From Podarcis vaucheri (lineage: Eukaryota), in assembly GCA_965113315.1 (NCBI GenBank), contig OZ220373.1: a stretch of DNA of 64,000 nucleotides; one strand, given 5' to 3'. Within the stretch, counting starts at the first letter, position 1. Every line of letters starts with the position of its first letter. Both the position numbers and the translations under genes were made by a program. The notes under the pieces were generated by a model, which saw only the letters and a program-made list of their open reading frames with translations, was not told the origin of the DNA and did not search any database. Shown in pieces: positions 1-10,800 of the stretch.

Positions 1-528
1 GCTGGGTGGGGATGCTCACCTGTCAAAACGACTTCCCCTCCAATCTCAAATGGGAAGAGGGAGAAGGCTTACAAAAGCATTTACAATCTCCACCCGCCTC
101 CACAACACACTAAGATCAGAGTCTCTTCGTGACAATCTCACTCTGATCTTTAATCTCTGCTCATCACCACAACATCAGCTGAGAAGCGACTTTCTTTTTA
201 GAGCTCTTTTAACTTACAAAGAGTGAAAGATGATGGTAAGCATTTTGTACTGCATCAACTCAAGAAAGTTGCTCTTAAGCACTCACAGTAGAGCTCTAGA
301 ACTATGAAAAGCATTTTCAGTTTTCTTAGGCCTGCGATTATGTAACAAGCTGCTCGATATGAATGACAAAGGACTCATACTTTAATGGATACTTGAGTAC
401 ATGTAAACATAATGAGGTTGCGTTGAAATCAAGAAGTATTTAACCTAACACGGTGCCTGTTAAATTTGTTGAAACTGCCCATGCTTTTCAGCGAACAAAG
501 ATCTATATAAAATGGCCTATAAACTTAC

Positions 529-651
529 TGGATCAAATTTTTCTTCCTCCGAATTTTTCACAGATTCGCTGTTCTCCTCGTCACTCTGTTGGTCTGCATA
601 TTGCAATATCCATTCCTTCATGCTGATATCCTTGTGTTTTCCTGTGTTTAC
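529..651 (-). CDS. DHX29: DHX29 exon 6 (acceptor position less certain)
   Basis: VNTGKHKDISMKEWILQYADQQSDEENSESVKNSEEEKFDP|GTAAGT; in-frame AAG acceptor at 652. Confidence 0.85.
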
Positions 652-3600
652 CTTTGGATAGTGTAAAAATAATTTGATAAGGAGAATATACATGAATTAT
701 TCACTCTCTATAATTAGCCATTCTCGATACGAGACAGGTGCTCTCTATAAAGAGATAGTCCTACTTTTTTTTATTCTCACTCTATCTATGAATGGAGAGA
801 GGTTTTCTTTAAAGATCAGCTGATACTGATACACCTGTTTCTACCACTTCAGTCAGCGAAAACAGACCATAGATTAGAGTGAAGCGGTGCAATCCTTTGC
901 ATATTTAATTAGAATGAGGTTCCACGGTGTCTAACGGGGATTAATTGTTAGTGAGTTTAGGATTGCTAGCCTAAGGGTTTATTAAATTAAACTGTAAACA
1001 GGAACATGGCCTAGGAAAATATGAGATATCAACAAGTAATAATAAAACCTAAAATATTTTATTAGTTGTAAGGGAACCTCTTGATTTAATTCCTGCAAGT
1101 TAATTTATTTTAAAATATTCTCACTCTACTATTTAGGGCAAAAAAATCAATCAATCAATAAAAAATGAAAATTGACAAGTAGTTTCCTTACTCATTGATT
1201 TTGTATTTTTTAAGGCTTCAAAAAACCCTTCACACAGTTTCTCCATATCCAATAAAATACCTTTTTTTCATTGTCGTCTTCCTTCTTTTTATTGTTTGGT
1301 GCCTGGGGAGTTTCACTTCGAGGCAAAGGAGAATGGAATTTTGCTCTAGTTTTCTGTTGTTCTTCCCCAAACTGCTGACTGAAACCTTCAGGCAATGCAT
1401 CTTTAAAAGAAAAGTTGAAATTTAATAATGCTTATGCACATGTTCTTTACATGTGCATACTATTGCTATGTTCCAGTATAGAAAAAGGAGTTTAAACCCT
1501 CCCATTATTTTCATTGAGTTCTACTCCAATAATAATTTCAACACTAATTGTTTGGTCCCAAAGTAAGTGCACTTAGTTCCAATATATATTCACTATTCTC
1601 CTCCTGCTGATCTCATGAAAACCTTTGTACCTATGCCCTATATTAACTGTTTCAACTAAATGAGGGCAAATATATGTTGTCTGAATTTTGAAACTGCCTG
1701 TTTTAATATGTGTAACACCTACTTGATTTTTTATTTAGCAGTTAAACTCTGTGCAATACAATAAAGCAGGCTTCCTCAACCTCAGCCCTCCAGCTGTTTC
1801 TAGGCCTACAACTCTCATGATCCCTAGCTAGCAGGACCAGTGGTCAGGGATTATGGGAGTTGTAGTCTCAAAACATCTGGAGGGCTGAGGTTGAGGAAGC
1901 CTGCAGTAAAGTAATTCCCCATGGTAGTTCCAAGTAGTAAGCAAGTGGTAGGTTACTAGCATGAATGCAAGCTTCTATAACTTTCTTAACTAATTGTAAA
2001 AGGAGGAATACATAAAGACAGGAAAAGGTCAATTTCAGTTGCAAGAAGCACTCTTAAACTTCAAAGCCAGATTTTTCCTTTATATTTACCATCAGAAAGG
2101 TTTAAGCACAGCCAGTCTAGTGCAGAATGCAGATCACCACCATACAAAATAGTATTTTTCATAGCTTCTTCAATATCTTCAGTCTTAAAAGAAAATCCTT
2201 GCAAAGCCATGTACACATCCTATAAAGAACAGTATGTTAAGGAAACAGAGGTTACTTGCCCCAGGCTTTTTATCTTGGAAACACTTGAAAAAGCAATCTC
2301 CCTTTACTGTTATTACATAGTTGTTTTATCCCACTGGAAGTGTAGTGCTGTTCCCAATGTGTAGGGCATGAGGAAATCCATACTCACTGGAAGCTACATG
2401 TGTGTGTCAATCAGAGGTCCTTGGGATCAGTCCCAAAAGCTTTGTATAATATGCTAAGTTAACAGTTCAAAGAGGTAGTCAGCTAGTATTGAGATGTTAC
2501 AGAGGAACCCAACATTAGGGTTACCATATTTCAGAAAGTGAAAATCTGAATACAAATTTTTTTTGGGTGGGGTGGCGGTTGGTAAGCTTTTTTTTTTTTT
2601 AGTTTTGCCCAAAGTTGTTGATCTTTGAAGTTTTGGGTCTATTTTTAAGAGGTTCTCCAAAATCTAGACTTCCGTTGCCATGTGTCATGATTTTTCTGGA
2701 TGTTTCAGCTATTTCCACCCAGACACTGTTTCCAACTGCCGTATTCCAGCTATGTCTGGGAAATTCCAGACGCATGGCAACCCTACCCAACGTTTTAATT
2801 ATGTTATAGGGATTGGAGTGAACTGTGAGATCATGTACTCCTTCCCCCCACCCATCTACCCTCAACCACAAATTACCCATACCAGGCTTAAGGGCAATGC
2901 CAACACTGAGAAACTATGGTTAACATTAACTGTGTTCCCTTCTCAAGCAAGGCCTTCTCAAGCCAGCTTCAAATTCTGATTTCAAAAATTGATCTAGAAT
3001 CTTAGTTTATATTGTCCATGGTTAAGGTTGGAAATGGTTTGGCAATGTGTGCTTGAGAAAGAAACTGAGTTCAACCACAAATATATTCTTGCACATATCT
3101 TTCAAAATAAATCCATAGCTCAGTGCATGTAGGAAGTGTAAGGTTCAATGCTCAGCATCTCCAGGTAGGGCTGGGGGGGTCCCTACCTAAAACCCTGGAG
3201 AACTGCTGCCAGTTAATGTACAGAATACTGAACTAGATAGGCCAATGTTCTGACCTAGTTTAAGGCCGGTTTCTTTTCTTCCTTGTTTGCTGATGAACAG
3301 TAGGACAAGGCTGAACACAACGAAAAAGTCTTCACTATCAATTTCAATGAAGATTTTTTTTTTAAAAAAGACACATGGAGCTATAAAAATCAAACTAACT
3401 TGAATTATGATTAAACCTTTTCAGTGACTCCCGTTCCCAAACATTTACTACGTTTGTTTCTCATACTTCACCTGTAATTTCTTTGCTGTAAGTCTTCTAG
3501 AAATCATTCCCTGTTCACCGCTTTGTTTCTTATGCTCATTGATTACACCAATAATTCTTTTTTCCAAGTTACTGTTAATCACTACCTGTGAAGGAAAAAA

Positions 3601-5419
3601 ATTGTTACAACCAGAACAAGTTCTTGCAAACTGTTAGCTGCAGTGCATTAATAGCTGAGCACAATTGCAAGCCCATTGAAACAGAATATACACTGTGGCA
3701 TGAATTGTTCAGATTACTACATGAAAAGATTGATGCACTAAATACGCATCTATGTAAGGAAATTACTTAATAGCGTGTGATGCTTTAAAGGTGAAGGAAT
3801 GCTCAATATTACTTATGTAGAATATTTTCACTTCAGATTAGTCTAACATAACAAAACATGAGTCTTTCCCTTCTAACAGATGCCCTTACCTTAAGAATAG
3901 ATTTATCTGCATTTGCGGAAGCACCAGAGTCAGATGATGAACCAAAGCTGTAGGTTTTTGGACCTGTGTAGCCAAACAAAAATTATTTGAGTAATATCAT
4001 ACAGAGGCAAAACTGACAGACAAAACACTGCTTTCCTGATATAAGTAACTGGAATACTTGTTTGTTATCAGTGTACTCCTTTTACATATACTAGACCATG
4101 CTGGAGTTAGAGCACAAGCAAGCGATGGCATGGGCAGAAATATCATTGACATCATGCCAACAACACATGAATAGTCTAGCGGACATGAAGCTTAAACATG
4201 GCTAGAATCACATATGGAAAGCTTACATGGGTAATTAATTATTATATATTTCTTTATACTCCAGCTTTTCCACGAATCATTAGAAAACATTAATATAAGT
4301 AAAATTAATGTATATGATTAAAAACATAGATAATTATAATAAAAACAGCAAAGCACCAACCCTTTTATTAAAAGCAGTCAGTTCCCCAAAACCTGTTGGA
4401 ATAAGAAGGTTTTCACCTGCTGGTGGAAGGATAACAGAGAGGGAGCCAGAATCTGGGAGCATCTACCAAGAAGGCCCTCTTCCATTACCCTACCAAGCGT
4501 GCCTGTGTGGGTGGTGGGACAGAGAGAAGGACCTTCCCTAAAGATCTCAAAACCTGGGCAGGTTTGTATGTGGGAATGTGGTATTTCAGATAGCCCGGAT
4601 CTCGGTTGCTGTATAGGCACTATGAACTGTGCCTGGAGTCAGACCCGTAGCTAGTGGAGCTGTTGTTAAGAAGGGAGCCACCTGCTGCCTAGAACCAGCC
4701 TGGGTCAACCACCCAACTGCTGTTCTTTGCGCCCTGCTGAAGTTTCTGAGCACTTTTCAGTGGCAGCTCCACCTACAGCTCATGACAGCAATCCAAACAT
4801 ATGGGCTTTCAAATGGCCTGGATCCTTAGTATAAAATCAGGTTACAAGAAGCAATATGGTAAGATGATCAGACTCAAGACTGATCTGGTCCAGCATTTCA
4901 TCCTCACAACGGCCAAACAAGCTCCTTGGGGAAGCTCTCAGGAGGGACCCAAGCCCCACAGCAATCTCCCCATTTGTGACTCCCAGCAACCAGCCTTCAG
5001 AGGCAGCGGAGGGAGAACAGTAGCCATCGCGGCTAGTCCCAACCTTCCTTGCAGCCTGGGGAGGCAGCAACGGAAAGCGCTTCACCTGTCGGGTTTCTGC
5101 CTTAAACGAGCAGAGGGGAAGCTTAATGAATGCCCACTGAAATCCTCCACGGCACGCAACGGGGCTGGCTTCCGAGCAGGCGTGCGGAGATCCCTGCACC
5201 CTCCCGAAGGCGGGTACCTTGCTTCAGGCGCGGGTCCTTGCCAGCGGGGCTCGGGCGGGGCGCCGAGGTTCTCTTGCCGGCAGCTTCGCCGGCGGCTCCG
5301 GACTCGGTCGCGCCGGCGCCCACCGCTTTGGCCCGGGCTGCGGCTACCGCGGCGGGATGGACCGCCCCAGCCCCCGCGGCGCCGCTGCCGCCCTTGTGCT
5401 TTTTGTTCTTGCCGCCCAT
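529..5419 (-). CDS. DHX29: DExH-box helicase 29, 5' part (coding exons 1-6; gene continues beyond left edge)
   Basis: N-terminus MGGKNKKHK at ATG 5419. Exons 5218-5419, 3890-3963, 3472-3585, 2090-2219, 1261-1400, 529-651 splice in frame with GT-AG ends. Head-to-head with MTREX as in other vertebrates. Confidence 0.96.
1261..1400 (-). CDS. DHX29: DHX29 exon 5
   Basis: (D)ALPEGFSQQFGEEQQKTRAKFHSP...EDDNEKK; AAG| and |GTATTT. Confidence 0.9.
1767..1903. mobile_element. Palindromic hAT-type MITE
   Basis: TIR CAGGCTTCCTCAACCT...AGGTTGAGGAAGCCTG, near-complete fold-back, 8-bp TSD CAATAAAG/CAGTAAAG. Confidence 0.85.
2090..2219 (-). CDS. DHX29: DHX29 exon 4
   Basis: DVYMALQGFSFKTEDIEEAMKNTILYGGDLHSALDWLCLNLSD; TAG| and |GTAAAT. 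Confidence 0.95.
2516..2785. mobile_element. hAT-type MITE (TAGGGTT[G/A]CCA termini)
   Basis: TIR TAGGGTTACCAT...ATGGCAACCCTA; 8-bp TSD CCCAACAT/CCCAACGT; related copy at 59860-60044. Confidence 0.85.
3113..3276 (+). mobile_element. Degenerate squamate SINE with CR1-like tail (Squam2-like, name from memory)
   Basis: Shares CCCTGGAGA.CTGCTGCCAGT...CTAGAT.GGCCA.TG.TCT.AC with the copy at 11800-11939. Confidence 0.55.
3472..3585 (-). CDS. DHX29: DHX29 exon 3
   Basis: VVINSNLEKRIIGVINEHKKQSGEQGMISRRLTAKKLQ; 114 nt, phase 0-0. Confidence 0.95.
3890..3963 (-). CDS. DHX29: DHX29 exon 2
   Basis: (G)PKTYSFGSSSDSGASANADKSILK; CAG| and |GTAAGG. Confidence 0.95.
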
Positions 5420-5640
5420 GCCCGACGCCCGCGCGCGCCCCTCTCCGCCGCGGAACCCGCACAAAGACCTCGCGCCGGCTCCGCTGGCATCCGGGCTCGG
5501 CAAGCCTCCCGCAGGGACAGCCGCTCTGATTGGGCCGCAGGCAGCTACGGGCACGTCCTAAGCTTTTGACTCGTGTTTACGGGCACTTCCGCCCAAAGGT
5601 GTACGCCACTTCCTGCCGTTTTCTAAGAGAACTTCCGGTT
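5100..5640 (-). promoter_or_regulatory. CpG island and TATA-less promoter of DHX29
   Basis: Dense CpG/GC. CCAAT box on minus strand (ATTGG 5529-5533). Three ETS/GABP-type (C)ACTTCC motifs at about 5584, 5607 and 5631. Confidence 0.75.
5218..5419 (-). CDS. DHX29: DHX29 coding exon 1
   Basis: MGGKNKKHKGGSGAAGAGAVHPAAVAAARAKA...GKDPRLKQ G|GTACCC. Confidence 0.95.
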
Positions 5641-5865
5641 GCTCTCTTCCCCACCTTCCCAGCTCCTCTTCCGCTTTAAAAAAAACCCCCACCAACAACA
5701 CTTTTCTGTCTCTACGCTCACAGCACAGAGACATAAAAAGTGAAGAGTCTTTGTAAGGCGGTTCTCTGGTTCTCGTGTCGCAGTTCTTGTAACGTGGGAG
5801 TCGCACTAGGATCCCTTGGGGGAAGAAAGGTGGATGTTAACTTTGACATAAAAAGAAGAAATATT

Positions 5866-6933
5866 CATAGCTGTCAACTTCCAGATTTGAAAATAAGGGA
5901 TCAGCAGCCTCACCTGTCCCGGGGACAGTCTACGGGAGCTGGGGGCACTGTCATACAGTGGTTCCGCTCCTTCCTCCTGGGCCGTGTTCAGAAAGTGGTG
6001 GTGGGGGATGAGTGTTCAGACCCTTTCTGGGGGACAGGAGGCGGGCAGGTGTGGGGGATTCCCTGGTCCTGAATGGGGTAACCGTGCCCCTGAAGGACCA
6101 GGTGCGCAGCCTGGGAGTCATTTTGGACTCACAGCTGTCCATGGAGGCACAGGTTAAATCCGTGTCCAGGGCAGCTGTGTACCAGCTCCATCTGGTACAT
6201 AGGCTGAGACCCTATCTGCCCGCGGACTGCCTCGCCAGAGTGGTGCATGCTCTGGTTATCTCCCGCTTGGACTACTGCAATGCGCTCTACGTGGGGCTAC
6301 CTTTGAAGGTGACCCGGAAACTACAACTAATCCAGAATGCAGCAACCAGACTGGTGACTGGGAACGGCCGCCGAGACCATATAACACCGGTCTTGAAAGA
6401 CCTACATTGGCTCCCAGTACGTTTCCGAGCACAATTCAAAGTGTTGGTGCTGACCTTTAAAGCCCTAAACGGCCTCGGTCCAGGATACCTGAAGGAGCGT
6501 CTCCACCTCCATCGTTCCACCCGGACACTGAGGTCCAGCACCGAGGGCCTTCTGGCGGTTCCCTCACTGTGAGAAGCCAAGTTACAGGGAACCAGGCAGA
6601 GGGCCTTCTCGGTAGTGGCACCCTCCCTGCGGAACGCCCTCCCACCAGATGTCAGAGAGAACAACAACTACCAGACTTTTAGAAGACATCTGAAGGCAGC
6701 CCTGTTTAGGGAAGCTTTTAATGTTTGATGTATCATAGTATTTTAATATTCTTTTGGAAGCCGCCCAGAGTGGCTGGGGAAACCCAGCCAGATGGGCGGG
6801 GTATAAATAATAAATTATTATTATATTATTATTATACAGTATCTAACAATCCGGGATAGCAGCGGGAAGCAGTGGGAAACGGCGCTGGAATAAGGGAATT
6901 TCCCGCAAAAAAAAGGGAGGGTTGACAGCTATG
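5866..6933. mobile_element. hAT-type MITE interrupted by an L2 insertion
   Basis: Perfect 13-bp TIR CATAGCTGTCAAC (5866-5878) / GTTGACAGCTATG (6921-6933); degenerate 8-bp TSD GAAATATT/GAAGTACT. Confidence 0.8.
5930..6835 (+). mobile_element. 5'-truncated, internally deleted L2-clade LINE
   Basis: ORF2 remnants WFRSFLLGRVQKV, SRLDYCNALY, HITPVLKDLHWLPV, RAFSVVAP; 3' stem-loop 6761-6799; (ATT)n tail; ACAGT on both flanks (5925-5929, 6836-6840). Confidence 0.92.
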
Positions 6934-7499
6934 GAAGTACTGTAATATTTTTAAATGTCCCGCGAGGCGGAATGGGAGAGCTGCTCGTAGAAATAAACGG
7001 AGACATTCTAAAGTAGTTGTGATCCTATCCCCACTGGATTTAAAGGTGGTTGTGGTGTTAACAGAGGCGTGCAAGGAAAATGAATAAGGCTGAGCAACAA
7101 CACCATACGGTATATTCGAAGCTCATTTTTTCGCTCAAAAGCATCTGCGTACTGTTGTTTGCTCCTCATAGAGCTAGAATTCTCAGCAACCCTTCACTTA
7201 ATACAGTTCCCAGCTTCTCAGCTGCAGTGCCCATAATTCTTTCATGGGTTGTGTTTAAAATGTGCTTTAAAGGTATACTTTAGGCAACCCCAGGCAAGAA
7301 GGGCAGACGGTGACAGTTCAGCTAGAGATAAGAATGTGTGCAAACGTAGCCAAATAAAATAATATTAAAACTTTTATTATTTATACCCTTTAGGTATAAA
7401 TTAAAAGGCGTAAAAAAACCCCTTTTTGTTGCTTTTGGTGTAACAGAATAACTCAGCTCCCTTCAAGTGGCCCTGCGTGCCTCAATTTTTTTATCTCTG

Positions 7500-7880
7500 A
7501 GGATCATGGGGCCTCTTTCAAAGTCCGCCGGAAGTTCAGCCTAAAAGGCCGCTCTAGGGCGCGCGACACTATCGTCCTGCGCGCGGTGCGTGGCGGGAGT
7601 GCCTCTCGCGTGTGTTTGCCGGGGAGTGGGAAAGATGGCGGACGCCTTTGGGGACGAGCTGTTCAGCGTGTTCGAAGAAGACCCTGCCGCCGCTTCCGGC
7701 TCGAAGAAGGCGAAGGGGGCAGCTGAGGCGACTGCCGCTGCCGCTGCTGTAGGCAAGGCCGGGTGAGGATCCAGGGAGAGCTTGAGAAGGAGAGGCGGAA
7801 GGGCGAAGTTCGACCGTCCCTATGGAGATGGCTGCAGTTTCGCGGGTGGTTGGACGCCCTCGAAGTCTCCGTGATAGGGG
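7500..7880 (+). promoter_or_regulatory. CpG island and promoter of MTREX
   Basis: CpG-rich. ETS motif CCGGAAGT 7528-7535, GCGCGC runs, YY1-type AAGATGGCGG overlapping the start codon (7632-7641). Confidence 0.72.
7635..7762 (+). CDS. MTREX: MTREX exon 1
   Basis: [28 protein letters not shown]...GKA GG|GTGAGG. Confidence 0.95.
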
Positions 7881-10800
7881 ATCGCTAACTTTCTTTGCAA
7901 ACTGGATAAAGTTTTGGGAGCACCACACATCACCCCAAAGCGACTTAGAAACAAACCCCACATCCATACATTACAGCCGGGGGGCGGGGGGAAGAAATAC
8001 ATTAAAAATATCCCACAAATTTCTAAAAGGCCACAGGCCTGGTTATAGAGGGAATATATGATGGCGCCAGCGGAGCTTCCCACATGTGGAAGCCATTCCC
8101 TTTCCCCCACAATAATCTCTGAAGCCTCACTTGAAGGTTGACACCTGCAGGGTTAGCTTCTCTGTCCCCACAGTATTTCAGATTGTGTTGCTTGCAGCAA
8201 ATAACAGCAAATTTTGAATGAATTCTGTGCATATTTGAAAGGTTTATGCAATCCCCTCACTATGGGATAACAGATGAGACATTTCCTTCTGATGGAGAGG
8301 CTAGTGATGATAACAACTGGCCCTGGGAGTATGAGGGAAGTCCAGGAGAGGAGGGAGGGAAATATGGCAAATTGTTAGAGAAATATTGTTAGAAGATGTA
8401 TACATAGAAAAACATTTTTTTTAATTTTTTTTTTAAAACAGCAACTGGCCCTGTTGCCTCTAGTAGTGTCAGATAAGTGATGGGCCCACAGCCAACCAGC
8501 TTTGGAGATGCTGGGTTTTTGCTGCTTGTTCTGTGAGTAGTGCATGTAAACTCCACCAGGTCATGGCCTCATCTGCCAGCTTCCTTCCTTCCACATGAAT
8601 TTTACCATTTGCGAAAGTCAGTGGTTATTACAGAGAGAACTTCGTATCTGAATCTCACCATGAAGCATCATTTAAAGAAATGGGGATGTAACATTTCATA
8701 TCCTGTTGGAAATCTGTTGAGCTTTGTTTAGATTTTGAGAGTTTACTAACAATTACCCTTTTTGTTGATTTGTATTTCAGGAAACAATCAGATGGCAAAT
8801 CTGCAGCATCCTCTAAATTTCCAACAAAAACTAAACGAGATGCAGAGGTCGATAGCACAGACATTCCAGTTTTTGAAAAGAAGCAAAAGTTGGAAGATAC
8901 CACCACAGAAGATCTCAGGTAAGCATGTTAGAGGCTTGAATGGTTGCATGATAACTGGCCAGCAAAGATTACAACAAGCACCATAATTGAGTTTTCATAA
9001 GTGTTTTGTAAACATTTGCTTATATCACATTATTCTGCCATAAATAATCATATGAAGGAAAGCATGTTTGAAAACTTTGTGCCATGAATACTTGCCCTCT
9101 TGCTTAACCTAAAGGAAAGACACAGCTTGGAATTTTAGGACTTTGGAGTTGAAACTGCTTCTGTTGAGTGCTGGGATATACTTTTTCTGTTGTGTTTTAT
9201 TGACTAACAAATTGAGTTTTTATCTCTTGCATTTATATAATCACCTTTCTTGCAAACTTGTGATGGCACAAGTTCTCTGGTTGAGGCTTCTTTTGTCTTT
9301 GTCTGTTTAATATTTTGGCTAGGTACTCATGAATTAGTATTTGTTGCTGATACTCAAACATATCATTTCCCCCCTTAAATGCCAAATAAGTATAATTGTT
9401 TTCTGATAAATTTGAACTAAGTAAATGAATATGTGATGTAGCCTCCTAATTATGAATCAATTGCATTAATAAATATTTGAAGGGAGTTCTCCTGTCCTGG
9501 CTGATCTAAAGCAGACAGGCTACTTATAGTGCAGTCTTTACCACAACTAAATTTCCAGTCTCCTAACATTAGCCCTATGAATAATTATTGCATGGGCCTC
9601 TGCCCACTTCTCTTCTTGGCTTTCCTCTTCCCTGAACTATCATAGACTGTTACCCCAGTCCTTTAAAGATGAGGGGAAAGTGAGTAAGACTCTGTACTGT
9701 TGTTTCCTTGAAGACCAGGGTGATTAGTTTGCTTTATTCTGAACATTTTGATATTCTTGCTGCTTTTAAAGATTTACTGTTTAAGTTTAAATGTTCTTAA
9801 CATTATGTGATTAGCCTCTCCGAGAAAATGCTTGAGGGTCAGGGTGTACATTGGAATAATTAACAAATGTTTACCCATCTTTAATAGGCTAGGGCAGATA
9901 ACTGGGACACTACTATGATGATAGTGGGGGAGGGAACAGCAGAGAACATGCAGGCGTGTAGCAGTTTTTTATGGTGCTTTGAGCCTGGGGCATTCATTAC
10001 TTGCCCCAGGTGACAAGATGAGTAGCAAATTGTCTTGCAGTTTTTTAAGCTGGCTCTGGAATTGGCATATTGTGGGAAATGTGTAATAATGATTGTACTA
10101 GCTAAGGGACTGACAAGCATTGTTTTTTCATAGTGCTTAGTCGGGATATCATGATAATTAATTAAACCAACAACCTTCATAAATGTATGGGGTATTTTGT
10201 TAATGATTGCTAGTATTAATTTGCACTTTTCCTTTCAGTTTGGCAGACCTCATGCCAAAAATAAAGGTACAAGCAGTTGAAACTGTTGAAGGTTGTACAC
10301 ATGAGGTGAGTTTAATGTCGGTGGTTGTTATATTTTGTTGTATATGCTACTACTTGTTTGAATTTCCTGGCTCTTATAGTAGATACTTTAAAAACTCTGC
10401 TTTTAGTAATGTTTTGATGTTACATTTTAAAATGAAGTATTGCAAATCATTCACGTACATTGGAGAAAATTAAAGGAGGATATAGTTGGACGCCTTTGCA
10501 ATGAGGGCTATCTTTGTCTCAGTGATGTGTGCTCCTTGATGTTAAGTGTCGGAAAATGAAAACAATTGAGCTGCCCTTTGTCTTCATACCCCCCAGTCTT
10601 CATCTATATATTTGTGTCCTTGTTTCCTTTATTGGCTAAACTAGAATATGCTGGAGAACAGAAAGTAAATAGTTGATATACATATAATTGATGTTGGGGG
10701 CTGTTTTAGATATTAATAGTTAAACAGGGGGGGAAATGGGCAAAGTTTTAAAGTTTTATCTCACTTGCCTTTTTAAAAAATGCACCCATAAATCTCACCG

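Noticed and set aside
4801-5569. Several long overlapping ORFs (242, 143, 126, 116 aa) around DHX29 exon 1
   Set aside because: Expected in a stop-poor CpG island. Only the MGGKNKKHK frame matches a known protein and splices. The 45-codon upstream extension begins at GTG and runs into the promoter.
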